Of a stretch of DNA of 64,000 nt, positions 1-9,851 are shown in pieces. Source of the DNA: a virus. The notes beneath the pieces were generated by a model, which worked only from the letters and a program-made list of their open reading frames with translations, did no database searches and was not told where the DNA came from. The position numbers were made by a program, and so were the translations under genes. The stretch covers positions 1 to 64,000 of IMG/VR virus record IMGVR_UViG_3300033004_000001. One strand, written 5' to 3'. Positions within the stretch are counted from its first letter, which is position 1. Each line of letters opens with the position of its first letter.

Positions 1-88
1 ACGTTACGAAGCATAATCCCTTGTAATAACGAAACGAAGAGATCTTACTTAAACCTGCGCTAGCAGGATTTACATTATTAGTTGCCAT
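1..88 (-). CDS. 5' part of a hypothetical protein running off the left edge (MATNNVNPASAGLSKISSFRYYKGLCFVT...)
   Basis: ATG at 88-86 on minus strand with an A-rich leader, open frame to window edge; translated by hand, not in ORF track. Confidence 0.6.
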   Translation of the reverse strand, partial: MATNNVNPASAGLSKISSFRYYKGLCFVT

Positions 89-200
89 AATCTTGAAATT
101 TTAGTGTAACATTTGAACCGGAGTACTACCTCCGCGGATGCGGATCGGGGTGGTTTGAATAGGGTACTTTGAGTTTATGTAAATATTTTATGAAAAAATT

Positions 201-231
201 TGTAACAAAAAAATTTTTATAACGTTGTATA
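201..231 (+). promoter_or_regulatory. Putative ECF-like promoter TGTAAC-N16-CGTTGT
   Basis: Same -35 hexamer and spacing as sites at 417, 821, 11337; upstream of ORF 247. Confidence 0.45.
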
Positions 232-246
232 TAGAAATTAACATTT

Positions 247-384
247 ATGAAAAGAAAATCAAAACATAGGAGGTGTGACAAAAAAAGAAGAGACATTCCT
301 TCTAAAGATGATAAAGAAGGTAATATACAATGGCATAGTAGAGGAGAAGCAATTAGACGAAAAGCTATAGTCTACACAGAATAA
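247..384 (+). CDS. Small basic hypothetical protein, 45 aa (MKRKSKHRRCDKKRRD...)
   Basis: Hand-translated ATG..TAA, A-rich leader, follows promoter-like motif; below ORF-track cutoff. Confidence 0.5.
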   Translation: MKRKSKHRRCDKKRRDIPSKDDKEGNIQWHSRGEAIRRKAIVYTE

Positions 385-416
385 ATTAAAGATAATTTAA
401 ATTTTTGTTACATTTA

Positions 417-445
417 TGTAACCTTTTTATAACCATTTCAGTATA
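417..445 (+). promoter_or_regulatory. Putative ECF-like promoter TGTAAC-N17-AGTATA
   Basis: Recurrent motif; predicted +1 (~451-453) coincides with 5' end of the structured element. Confidence 0.55.
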
Positions 446-449
446 GTAT

Positions 450-665
450 TTCGATGATCACTGGTAAATGTCAGTGAACCACCCACGAGGACAGACATGT
501 AAGTAGTGGGTCAGAAGTCGGATTATAATAATACAATATAGTATTATATGTTTTCTCCGATATCATCAAAAAGGATAGATATAAGATTTAGGCTCTATCA
601 CCGTTAAGGTAAATGTAGAAAGAATAGAGATACAGCTAAGCCGACTAAATTGAAAGTCTAATTCA
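450..665 (+). ncRNA. Candidate structured non-coding RNA (multi-stem)
   Basis: Nested complementary stems GATGA/TCATC, TCACTG/CAGTGA, ACCCAC/GTGGGT, TCGGA/TCCGA, ATAATAC/GTATTAT, ATTTAG/CTAAAT, CTCTAT/ATAGAG in an ORF-free, GC-elevated stretch. Confidence 0.55.
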
Positions 666-820
666 CAACAGTTAGAAAAATAAAGGGTGTATTATGTTTA
701 ATAGTTAAATATCAAATATATGATAGTCTTATTTTTATAAGCTAAGATTATATATACAAATATGTAGTCTTGGCTTTTATTATGTTTAGTAATATTTATT
801 ATGTAATTTATATAACTTTA

Positions 821-849
821 TGTAACCTTATTATTATTCATATCGTATA
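821..849 (+). promoter_or_regulatory. Putative ECF-like promoter TGTAAC-N17-CGTATA
   Basis: Recurrent motif upstream of ORF 956 operon. Confidence 0.6.
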
Positions 850-955
850 AGATTATAAGATTAAAGAGAGAAGGTGGATATGTCCAAAGTTTTTAAATGA
901 TGTATTTAAAGATGAACATAATTGGATAAGTTCTTATTATGATATATAAGATATT

Positions 956-1285
956 ATGTTAATAGAGTATATAAAAATAGATAATGCCTTTAAATTACCT
1001 AGTAAAAGTGGTTACGGAGGTTTTCCTACTACGTGTATGGAATGTGGAGCATATCTAAATAAAAATTCAGATTTAGATTATGGTAAAGATTGGACAGCAA
1101 CTTATACATGTGAAAAGTGTGAGTCTAAATTTGCTTATCAACCTAGTGATATGGGACAGTCTTTACCTTGGATTGTAAAGTATGATAATAAAAATGAAAT
1201 ATTTAATAAAGATCTTTGGGATAAACTTAGAAAGAATTTTTCTAAAGTTTATAAACATAAAGGAAATAAAGTAACATCAGAATGA
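956..1285 (+). CDS. Zinc-ribbon protein
   Basis: CMEC...CEKC pair of CxxC motifs. Confidence 0.7.
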   Translation: MLIEYIKIDNAFKLPSKSGYGGFPTTCMECGAYLNKNSDLDYGKDWTATYTCEKCESKFAYQPSDMGQSLPWIVKYDNKNEIFNKDLWDKLRKNFSKVYKHKGNKVTSE

Positions 1286-1458
1286 CTATAGATGAATATT
1301 ATTTAAGTATCAAGTATAATTATAGTATATTTGATATAGAAATGAAGATGTATGAATATATTACAGTTAATCTTAAGATAGATGATGATAAACAGATTAA
1401 TAAGATTATTGAAGATATAGTTACTAAATATGATAAGGATGATGACAGAGAAGAATAA
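1282..1458 (+). CDS. Small acidic hypothetical protein, 58 aa (MTIDEYYLSIK...)
   Basis: ATGA overlap with stop of upstream ORF, fills gap in operon; hand-translated. Confidence 0.6.
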   Translation: MTIDEYYLSIKYNYSIFDIEMKMYEYITVNLKIDDDKQINKIIEDIVTKYDKDDDREE

Positions 1459-1864
1459 AGAAAATGAAATTATTGAAGTCTCTGAAGATGTAGATAACAT
1501 ACAAGAGTTTATAGAACAGAATATGACAGATGATCCTATATTTGAAAAGATATTAATTGAAAGTGAAGTTAAACCTAAAGCTATGCCTAGTTGTTTAACT
1601 ATGGGTGAATTTATAGATAAAAAGATACTTGAAAGTTATGAAAATAATGATAGTAGAATATTTGAAATAGATCAATTAATAGATGAATTAACTCAAGAAA
1701 GAGATAGTATTCTCGAAAAATTTAGAATAGAATATGGAAAGAAGTATCTCCCTAATTATCGTAGAGAGTTAAGAAAATGGTATTTTAGAAATCATAAACA
1801 AGTTATAGGTAATGGATTAAGTAGAGAAGAAAGACCTGAAGGTTATGAAGAATATAGTGAATAA
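1430..1864 (+). CDS. Hypothetical protein (true start may be 1439/1442)
   Basis: ORF track, operon context. Confidence 0.7.
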   Translation: MIRMMTEKNKENEIIEVSEDVDNIQEFIEQNMTDDPIFEKILIESEVKPKAMPSCLTMGEFIDKKILESYENNDSRIFEIDQLIDELTQERDSILEKFRIEYGKKYLPNYRRELRKWYFRNHKQVIGNGLSREERPEGYEEYSE

Positions 1865-1881
1865 ACTTAAAATTAAAGAAG

Positions 1882-2064
1882 ATGTCAAGAATAATTAAGA
1901 TTAGAGATAATGGAGATATAGTTCATATAAGAGTTGAAAGAATTAAACCAGTATATAGAACTAGACATATATATGTTGAAAGTGAGAATATATGTGATGA
2001 ATGTGATCGTAGATATAATTGTCCATTTAAGAAATTAGTTGATAAATTAGATAATTGTTTTTAA
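1882..2064 (+). CDS. Small Cys-containing hypothetical protein
   Basis: ORF track; CDEC...CP motif. Confidence 0.6.
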   Translation: MSRIIKIRDNGDIVHIRVERIKPVYRTRHIYVESENICDECDRRYNCPFKKLVDKLDNCF

Positions 2065-2068
2065 GAAT

Positions 2069-2530
2069 ATGAGAGTAAAAGTAATTAAAGAGATTAAAGG
2101 ATTAGTTCCTGGAGATATATTGTATTATAATGATAAGACTGATATGTATGAGATTACTAAAACAGATTATGATGTTAGTGATAGCGGTCAATCAGTAAAA
2201 TCTGTTAAAGTTGTTATCAGTTCTTATGTAGCAGAAGGAAGTAAAGACTATTTTGTCTTTGTAGATGATGATAATAATGATATAGAAATTAATAAAATTT
2301 ATTGGGATGACATTCCACAATCTAAAAAATTGGAAACTCCAAAGAATGAACAAGTTAAATCAGAAGCTAAGGACACAGACTCTAAGGATTCTGAGATTAA
2401 TAAACTACAGGAACAAGTTAAGGAGTTGGAGGAGAAGTTGGAAGATATTAAAAGAAGTAAAAAGTCTATAGAATTTAATAGTCCATTTTGGGTTACTAAT
2501 TTTCCAACAAGTAGATATTGGTTATTTTAA
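2069..2530 (+). CDS. Hypothetical protein with C-terminal coiled coil
   Basis: ORF track; heptad-like C-terminus. Confidence 0.7.
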   Translation: MRVKVIKEIKGLVPGDILYYNDKTDMYEITKTDYDVSDSGQSVKSVKVVISSYVAEGSKDYFVFVDDDNNDIEINKIYWDDIPQSKKLETPKNEQVKSEAKDTDSKDSEINKLQEQVKELEEKLEDIKRSKKSIEFNSPFWVTNFPTSRYWLF

Positions 2531-2542
2531 TAATATAATATA

Positions 2543-2914
2543 ATGGAAGAATTAAAAGGACAAGGAGTTAGTGAAACTCCTCAAGATAAAGAACAAGATG
2601 TCAAACATTATGATTTTGGTCATCTGGTATTAAATTGTGGTAGATGTAATAGTAAGTATATTATAGAAGAAGATGTACCAGGTAATCAAGCTAGACAGAT
2701 AGTATTAGCTCCTACTAGTACTTCAGGAATAATGTTAGAATGTAAAGATTGTAAGAATAGAATGAGTTTATTTTTTATTGAATCTACTAAGAAAAAAGAT
2801 GAAACTACAGGACCAATTACAGATAATATTGAAAAACCTACTGAAGAAGTTAAAGAAGGAAGTAAAGATGAATCAGTTTCAGAAGAAGGTTCAGTTGAGG
2901 AATCAGCTGTATAG
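2543..2914 (+). CDS. Zinc-ribbon protein with acidic tail
   Basis: CGRC...CKDC motifs. Confidence 0.7.
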   Translation: MEELKGQGVSETPQDKEQDVKHYDFGHLVLNCGRCNSKYIIEEDVPGNQARQIVLAPTSTSGIMLECKDCKNRMSLFFIESTKKKDETTGPITDNIEKPTEEVKEGSKDESVSEEGSVEESAV

Positions 2915-3227
2915 TGAGTATAGTAAGTTATTAAAGAGTTTATTAGGATTAACGGATAAACAAGTTCTTGTATTGTCTAAGTTATTTGAACTATCTGATA
3001 CTACTCCACTTCTTACATCTCTATTATGTAAGAATAATAGACGAGAGATTATGGAATCATGTTCTATAAATGAATGTAATCTTTCTACTTATTTAACTTT
3101 ATTTAAAGATAAAGAGTTATTAGTTTGGGATGGTAGTAGATGGATTATCTTTGATAAGATTAAACCTTATATAGTTAATAATCGATTACAAGTTACTTTT
3201 AAAATTGGATTAGATGATAGTATATAA
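2868..3227 (+). CDS. Putative winged-helix DNA-binding protein
   Basis: ATG 2868 preferred over 2778; GLTDKQ..VL and RREIMESCSI..NLSTYL..FKDKELL resemble wHTH; position upstream of crAss packaging block. Confidence 0.55.
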   Translation: MNQFQKKVQLRNQLYSEYSKLLKSLLGLTDKQVLVLSKLFELSDTTPLLTSLLCKNNRREIMESCSINECNLSTYLTLFKDKELLVWDGSRWIIFDKIKPYIVNNRLQVTFKIGLDDSI

Positions 3228-3396
3228 AAGAATAATACTAGAGACAGTTAATATTAAAGATAAAGAACATAAGATTAGTGATGTTGATTATACTAAGAAG
3301 ATATGGTTGTTTGGATGGTTAGTGTATAGTCATACTTGTACTAGTAAGCAGAATGATGTAGAGAATAAGAATAAGATGGGATTTAAACATAAATAA
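3214..3396 (+). CDS. Small hypothetical protein
   Basis: ORF track, coupled to neighbours. Confidence 0.6.
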   Translation: MIVYKRIILETVNIKDKEHKISDVDYTKKIWLFGWLVYSHTCTSKQNDVENKNKMGFKHK

Positions 3397-3397
3397 T

Positions 3398-3637
3398 ATG
3401 GAGGAGATAATTAAAGAACTGTCTTTGAAATATAATAAAGATAAGAGGGTGATCAAACTAATATGTGAGCACCCTTTACTATTTACAGCACATCATATCA
3501 AAGATCCAAATGATAATAGACCTATTATGATTCCATACTTTGCTAAGTTTGTTTTTAAGTTTGGTAAGACTTTAGAAGGTAAAAAACTTAATGTAGAGAA
3601 ACTTTTATCTAAGAGATCCATAGCTAAGAAGCAGTAA
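3398..3637 (+). CDS. HU/IHF-like DNA-binding protein
   Basis: Two N-terminal helices followed by IMIPYFAKF strand motif; conserved location before terminase genes in crAss-like phages. Confidence 0.6.
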   Translation: MEEIIKELSLKYNKDKRVIKLICEHPLLFTAHHIKDPNDNRPIMIPYFAKFVFKFGKTLEGKKLNVEKLLSKRSIAKKQ

Positions 3638-3660
3638 CTTATTTAATAATATAACGTAAC
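3633..3660 (+). promoter_or_regulatory. Possible ECF-like promoter variant AGTAAC-N16-CGTAAC
   Basis: Near match to recurrent motif, immediately upstream of packaging genes. Confidence 0.35.
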
Positions 3661-3668
3661 GTTCATTT

Positions 3669-4241
3669 ATGAAACTATTTGATATACTTGATGGAAAAGT
3701 AATTCTTAATGCTGAGGAACTTGCTCTTCCATCATTTAAAAAAATATATGAATCTGATAAGTCAAAAGATAAACAGAATTCATTTAATAATATATCTTAT
3801 ATTATATTTATGTATAAATGGGATTCTCCATACGCATCATTTACAGATAAAGATATAAGAGATAAAGTTATTAAGCAGGATATATTTGGTGATGAAAATT
3901 ATCAATTAGATGATTTAACTAAACAAGCTGTTGAAAGATATCAAGATTTTCAACATACTTTTTCATTACAATTCTTAGAACAGAATATGGAGGGAGCTAA
4001 GAAGTTAATGGATTTTTACAAAAGAGTTAATTGGGATGATGTAGATAAATCTGGAAAACCTATCTATTCATCTAGAGATTTGGCAGCTAACTTAGAGAAG
4101 GCTGGAGGTATATTAAAGTCTTTACATTCTCTTAGAGAACAAGTTCGTAGAGAGGAATTAGAAGTCAATAGAGTTAAAGGTGGAACTCAAGTTGATTTAT
4201 ATGAAGATGCTCATTCATTTAAAACATTTGAACAGAATTAA
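3669..4241 (+). CDS. Conserved crAss protein, putative terminase small subunit
   Basis: Directly upstream of and coupled (TAATG) to TerL; size and helical character. Confidence 0.6.
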   Translation: MKLFDILDGKVILNAEELALPSFKKIYESDKSKDKQNSFNNISYIIFMYKWDSPYASFTDKDIRDKVIKQDIFGDENYQLDDLTKQAVERYQDFQHTFSLQFLEQNMEGAKKLMDFYKRVNWDDVDKSGKPIYSSRDLAANLEKAGGILKSLHSLREQVRREELEVNRVKGGTQVDLYEDAHSFKTFEQN

Positions 4242-6238
4242 TGATTAAGAATACAGATAAGTTTAGACAAGCCGCTTTACATTTTCAAAAATATGGATAC
4301 TATACATCATCTCCACGAGGAACGACAGGATATAAAGAGTACTGGGATGAAGAAACTAGGCGCTGTTTGTTTGGGTGGACTGCTGACGATAGTGATTTTA
4401 TTTCTGGCTACAATTACTTTTATCTTAACTTTTCCCCAATACTTATTGTTTCGGAAAGAGAGATTAAATTAGGTGATCAAGTTAAAAAGGTAGTAGATAG
4501 GAAAAGAGATTTTCCTAGATTCTATGATACTGATTATCATTATTTTAATTATATAGAAGAGGCTGAAAGAACTGGAAAGCATGCTGTAGTTATTAAAAGA
4601 AGACGTGCAGGATATTCATATAAGGCTGCCAGTATGTTATGTAGAAACTTCTATCTAATACCACAGTCTAAATCTTATGCAATTGCTTCTGAGAATGAAT
4701 ATCTTACTAAGGATGGATTATTAACTAAGGCTTGGGATTTAATGTCTTGGATAGATGCTAATACAGCATGGACTAAGAAGAGACAAAAGGTTGATACTAA
4801 GATGCATAAGAGAGCATCTTATGTAGTTAATAGTGAAGGTACTATGATAGAGACAGGGATTATGTCTGAGATCATAGGAGTTACTTTAAAGAATGATATT
4901 CAAAAAGCTAGAGGTAAAGCTGCAAAGTTAATCTTATGGGAGGAAGGTGGTAAGTTTCCAGGACTAAGAGAAGCTTGGCAGATAGCTAGACCATCAGTTG
5001 AACAAGGATCAAATGTGTTTGGATTGATGATAGCTTATGGTACTGGTGGTACTAATGAAGCTGACTATACTGGACTAAAAGATTTGTTCTATGAACCAGA
5101 TGGATATAATGTATTATCAGTAGAGAATATATGGGATGAAGGAGCCAGTAAAAGATGTGGATTCTTTGTTCCAGAGTATGCTAATATGGAAGGTTATGAT
5201 GATCAAGGTAGACCTTTCATGGATTCTGATGGTAATACTCTTAGTAAAATTGCTATAGAGTATGCATTAAAAGAACGTCAGAAGATTATAGATAATGCTA
5301 CTGATAGATCTGCAATTGATAGATATATAGCTGAACATCCATTTAATCCAATGGAAGCCACTCTTCAATTGAGTGGTAATATATTTCCTAAGAAAGATTT
5401 AATTAGACATCTAGCTTATATAAGAAATAATGATCATGTTAGAAATCTTAAGCAAGTTGGAGAATTATATTTTGATGAAGCTGGATTATTAAAATGGAGA
5501 CAATCTAAAGATCTTAAAGATTTAACTAAGTATAAATTAGAAAAGACAGAAAGTAGAGATGGAGCTATAGTTATATGGGAACATCCAATGGATAATCCTC
5601 CATATGGTTTATATATAGCAGCTTGTGATCCATATGATCATGATAAATCTGGAACTGACTCTTTAGGATCAGTATTTATATATAAAAGATTTCAAACATT
5701 TGAATATTCATATGATACTATAGTTGCTGAATATACTGGTAGACCAGATACTTCTGAGGAGTTTTATGAAATAGTTAGAAAGTTGTTATTATATTATCAT
5801 GCTACTGTTTTATATGAAAATCAGAATCCTGGATTAAGTGTATACTTTAAGAATAAACATCTTGAATATTTATTAGCTGATCAACCTGGAATTATATCAA
5901 AGATAATTAAAGATAGTAAAGTTGCTAGAGTTAAAGGAACTCATATGGTAACTGCTCTAAAAGATTGGGCAGAAGGAAGATATAGAGATTGGTTAGTAGA
6001 AGAGTATGAACCTGGCAAAAAGAACTTAACTAAGATATTTTCAGAACCATTACTAGAAGAAACTATTGCTTACAATGATAAAGGGAACTTTGATAGAGTG
6101 ATGGCAATGTTTGTATTAATGATATATAAAGAAGAATTACATGATTTACATGTAAAGAAAAAAGAAGAAGTAGAAAAAATTAATTTACTATTTGAATTCC
6201 CATTATTTGGTAAAGTGGAATTTGAAAGTTTTAAATAA
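4241..6238 (+). CDS. terL: Terminase large subunit
   Basis: crAss-type Walker A KRRRAGYS, Walker B ILWEEGG, GTGG coupling motif, nuclease AACDPY and C-terminal NFDRV. Confidence 0.95.
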   Translation: MIKNTDKFRQAALHFQKYGYYTSSPRGTTGYKEYWDEETRRCLFGWTADDSDFISGYNYFYLNFSPILIVSEREIKLGDQVKKVVDRKRDFPRFYDTDYHYFNYIEEAERTGKHAVVIKRRRAGYSYKAASMLCRNFYLIPQSKSYAIASENEYLTKDGLLTKAWDLMSWIDANTAWTKKRQKVDTKMHKRASYVVNSEGTMIETGIMSEIIGVTLKNDIQKARGKAAKLILWEEGGKFPGLREAWQIARPSVEQGSNVFGLMIAYGTGGTNEADYTGLKDLFYEPDGYNVLSVENIWDEGASKRCGFFVPEYANMEGYDDQGRPFMDSDGNTLSKIAIEYALKERQKIIDNATDRSAIDRYIAEHPFNPMEATLQLSGNIFPKKDLIRHLAYIRNNDHVRNLKQVGELYFDEAGLLKWRQSKDLKDLTKYKLEKTESRDGAIVIWEHPMDNPPYGLYIAACDPYDHDKSGTDSLGSVFIYKRFQTFEYSYDTIVAEYTGRPDTSEEFYEIVRKLLLYYHATVLYENQNPGLSVYFKNKHLEYLLADQPGIISKIIKDSKVARVKGTHMVTALKDWAEGRYRDWLVEEYEPGKKNLTKIFSEPLLEETIAYNDKGNFDRVMAMFVLMIYKEELHDLHVKKKEEVEKINLLFEFPLFGKVEFESFK

Positions 6239-6244
6239 AAAGGA

Positions 6245-8623
6245 ATGGATTTATATTATAAAAGGTCAGAGTTTCCGATACAGAAATTACCTCTAGTTAA
6301 GAAGACAGAACCTTGGAGAAAAGCATGTGTTGATGTTCTTATATCTAGAGAAGGAAGTTCATTTGTAAACGGTAGATCAAGAAAAGATGTATTAAAGATA
6401 GACTATGATTTATATAATAGTGTATTTAGTGAAGATGATTTTAAGTATGTAATTGATCCATTTAATGTTGGAGATTCATTTCCAGCTCATCCTCAAAACT
6501 TCAATATTATTAAACCTAAGATTGATCTTCTATTAGGAGAAGAAACTAAAAGACCATTTAACTTTAGAGTATTCTCTACTAATGATAATTCAGTATCTCA
6601 AATTCAAGATTATAAGAAACAACTACTAATAAAAGAATATCTTGGAGCATTAGTTGAAGGTAAAGATGATGCTGAAATAGATAAGAGATTAGCAGAGATT
6701 GATACTTATATAAAGAATAAGTATAATACAGTTGCTGAACAGACTGCTTATAATTCTTTGTTATATTTACGTGAACAACTTGATATAGATCATGAGTTTC
6801 TTAAAGGATGGAAAGATGCTTTAATAGCTGGGGAAGAATTATATTATACTGGAATAGTTAATGGAGAAGCTACTCTTGAAAGAGTAAATCCGTATCATTG
6901 TACTTATGATAATGATCCAGATCTAGATTATATAGAAGATGGGGATTGGTTTGTTAGACGATTCTTAATGTCTCCTGGAGCAATATATGATAGATTTCAA
7001 TCTGTAATGTCTGATGAAGATCTTGATCTTCTTCTTAAGATGATTGATGGAGGTCAATCAATGGTTAGTCGTCCTGGAGATGTTAACTATGATAGTATAA
7101 TGTATAGGGATAAAATTATATCTGATATACAACAAGATGAGTTTTTTAAAGGACAACTAGTTCCAGTATGGCATACATGTTGGAAGTCATTTAAGAAAGT
7201 AGGTACTCTTAAAACTAGAGATCTTCAAACTGGACAAGAGACTGAAGAAACTGTAGATGAAACTTATCAACTTACTGAAGAAGATAAAGCTAAGGGAATG
7301 TCTATTGATTGGGAATGGATGACTGAGATATGGGAGGGATATAGAATAGGTACTGATATACATTTGGATATGGGTCCTGTTCAGTATCAATATCAATCAT
7401 TAGAACATCCTAAGACTACTAAATTACCATATATTGGAGCTAAATATAATGATACTAATACTAGAAATAAGTCATTAGTTGATTTAATGAAACCATTACA
7501 ATATATGTATATTGTAGTATGGTATCGTCTAGAACTTTCTCTTGCAAGAGATAAAGGACGTATAATTAATATGGATATTACTCAAATTCCTAAATCAATG
7601 GGGATTGATATAAAGCAATGGATGCATTATCTATCAGCTTTAGGAGTAAATCTTATTAATCCTTATGAAGAAGGATGGGATATCCCTGGACGTGAAGGAG
7701 GTAGACCTGCAAGTTTTAATCAGATATCTACTCAAGATCTTACTATGACAGCTGTTATTGTTGATTATATTAAGCTCTTAGATAAGATAGAAGATATGGC
7801 TGGGGAGATATCTGGAGTGTCTAGGCAGCGTCAAGGGGAAATTCAGACTAGTGAATTAGTTGGAAATGTTCAAAGAGCTACTATTCAGTCTAGTCATATT
7901 ACTGAACCATTGTTTGAATTACATAATAATGTTAAGAAGAAAGTTTATACTTCTTTATTAAACGTAGCTAAATATGCATGGGCCGAGAGTGATAAAAAGA
8001 AATTAAGTTTTATTCTTGATGACTTTTCTAGAACATTTTTAGAATTAAATGATGATTTCTTATATTCAGATTATGATGTATTTGTATCTGATTCTACTAA
8101 AGAGAATGCTAATCTTGAAGCTTTAAGAAGTTTAATGCAACCTGCTATTCAGAATGGTGCTACATTATCAGATGCTATTACTCTTCTTACTAGTGATAGT
8201 ATATCTGAAATAAAGCGTAAGCTTAAAGAGATTGAAGAGAAGAAGAAACAATATGATCAAGAAATGCAGAAACAACAGGCACAATTACAACAGCAACAAC
8301 AGCAGGCTGAGTTACAAGATAAAGCTGAAGATCGTAGAATTAAAGAAGAAGATTCTATTAGGAAAGCTCAGACTTCAATTACAGTTGCTGAGATTCAAGC
8401 TGAGTCTAAAGAGAAGTCTAAGCCTAATGAGAAACCTGAAGATCATAGTGTTGAAGAAATGAAATTACAATTACAAAGGGATAAGATTTTATCAGATGAT
8501 AGATATAAACAAACTACTGCTTCTGAAACTATTCGAAAGAATAAAGCTCAAGAGGAGTTACAGAAACAGGAATTAGAAATTAAAAGGAAAGTAGCCAATA
8601 AACCGGCTAGTAAAACTAAATAA
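6245..8623 (+). CDS. Portal protein
   Basis: NIIKPKIDLLLGEE, ISGVSRQRQG motifs, C-terminal coiled coil, follows TerL. Confidence 0.92.
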   Translation: MDLYYKRSEFPIQKLPLVKKTEPWRKACVDVLISREGSSFVNGRSRKDVLKIDYDLYNSVFSEDDFKYVIDPFNVGDSFPAHPQNFNIIKPKIDLLLGEETKRPFNFRVFSTNDNSVSQIQDYKKQLLIKEYLGALVEGKDDAEIDKRLAEIDTYIKNKYNTVAEQTAYNSLLYLREQLDIDHEFLKGWKDALIAGEELYYTGIVNGEATLERVNPYHCTYDNDPDLDYIEDGDWFVRRFLMSPGAIYDRFQSVMSDEDLDLLLKMIDGGQSMVSRPGDVNYDSIMYRDKIISDIQQDEFFKGQLVPVWHTCWKSFKKVGTLKTRDLQTGQETEETVDETYQLTEEDKAKGMSIDWEWMTEIWEGYRIGTDIHLDMGPVQYQYQSLEHPKTTKLPYIGAKYNDTNTRNKSLVDLMKPLQYMYIVVWYRLELSLARDKGRIINMDITQIPKSMGIDIKQWMHYLSALGVNLINPYEEGWDIPGREGGRPASFNQISTQDLTMTAVIVDYIKLLDKIEDMAGEISGVSRQRQGEIQTSELVGNVQRATIQSSHITEPLFELHNNVKKKVYTSLLNVAKYAWAESDKKKLSFILDDFSRTFLELNDDFLYSDYDVFVSDSTKENANLEALRSLMQPAIQNGATLSDAITLLTSDSISEIKRKLKEIEEKKKQYDQEMQKQQAQLQQQQQQAELQDKAEDRRIKEEDSIRKAQTSITVAEIQAESKEKSKPNEKPEDHSVEEMKLQLQRDKILSDDRYKQTTASETIRKNKAQEELQKQELEIKRKVANKPASKTK

Positions 8624-8637
8624 TTAATAAATATAGT

Positions 8638-9828
8638 ATGGCAGATGAAGTAAAGAATAAGAATCTATTTGGAGGATTTGATGCAATTTTTGATCAATAT
8701 GTACCATCAAGTAATGAAGATAATGAATTACCTGAGGTTGATCCAGAAGAGATTAAAAAAACAATGGGGTCTCTTGATGATAAACAAGATGATGACTCTA
8801 AGAAAATTCCTGCTAAAGTTGGTAAGGAATCTACCGTTAAACCCAAAAAGGTAGAGAAGAAAATTGAAGAAGAACCTGAAGAAGAGTTAGAGGAAGAGGA
8901 TGAAGAAGAAATAGAAAAGCCTGCTACTTCTAAAAAAGAATCAGATGAAGAAAGTGATGAAGTAGATTTAGAAGAGAAAGAAATAGTTGAAGCTTTTTCT
9001 GATTTATTTGCAGATGAGTTAGGATGGAAGTATGAAGATGATGAGAAACCTAATAATATAAAGGATCTTGTTAAACATATACAAACTATTGTTGATGAGA
9101 ATTCACAACCTAAATATGCAAATGATGAAGTTAAAGAGATAGATGAATTTGTAAAGAATGGTGGAAGAGTTGAAGACTTTTATAGGAATGTATATCGTTC
9201 AGAATTAAAAGTTGATAATCTTGATCTTACAAAGGAAGATGATCAAAAAGCTGTAATTAGAGAAAATCTTCGAAATCGTGGCTACTCTGAATCAAGAATA
9301 GATAAGCTTATTAGTAGATATGAAGAAGCTGAATCTCTAGAAGAAGAATCCAAAGATTCTTTAGATGAAGTAAAAGAATTTAAAGAAAAAGTTAGGAAAG
9401 AGCTATTAGAGACACAGAAAAATCGTCAAGAAGCTGAATTGCGAGAGCAACTATCTTTCGTTCGGAACGTAGAGAAAATAGCAAAAGACATGGATAATGT
9501 TTTAGGTATTCCAATTTCAGATAAAGATAAGAGAGAAACACTTGAATATATATTTAAGCCTGAAAGAGATGGATCAACCAAGTATCAAAAAGAATACATG
9601 AGTGATCTTAAAAATCTTTTTGTATCTGCTTATCTTACAAAAAATAAGAATACTTTAGTAAATAATATCCAGAAGAAAGCGACTAGCGATGCTGTTAAAA
9701 ATCTAAAACTTAAACTTAAAAGTCAAGGAAAGAGTACAAAGAATACCCATTCTGAAGTAGATGAAAGTGTTAGTAAGAAAGTAGTACAGCTTTGGGATAT
9801 TGCTGGTGATGAGCTTAGATCTTTTTAA
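8638..9828 (+). CDS. Acidic scaffold-like protein (conserved between portal and MCP)
   Basis: Highly acidic N-half, coiled C-half; crAss synteny. Confidence 0.7.
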   Translation: MADEVKNKNLFGGFDAIFDQYVPSSNEDNELPEVDPEEIKKTMGSLDDKQDDDSKKIPAKVGKESTVKPKKVEKKIEEEPEEELEEEDEEEIEKPATSKKESDEESDEVDLEEKEIVEAFSDLFADELGWKYEDDEKPNNIKDLVKHIQTIVDENSQPKYANDEVKEIDEFVKNGGRVEDFYRNVYRSELKVDNLDLTKEDDQKAVIRENLRNRGYSESRIDKLISRYEEAESLEEESKDSLDEVKEFKEKVRKELLETQKNRQEAELREQLSFVRNVEKIAKDMDNVLGIPISDKDKRETLEYIFKPERDGSTKYQKEYMSDLKNLFVSAYLTKNKNTLVNNIQKKATSDAVKNLKLKLKSQGKSTKNTHSEVDESVSKKVVQLWDIAGDELRSF

Positions 9829-9851
9829 GTAAATTTAAATTATAAAATTAA

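Noticed and set aside
105-130. Additional TGTAAC at 105
   Set aside because: No CGT/GTATA element at 16-17 nt spacing.
4241-6238. Intein or intron in TerL
   Set aside because: Normal length, contiguous motifs, no intein-like junction seen.
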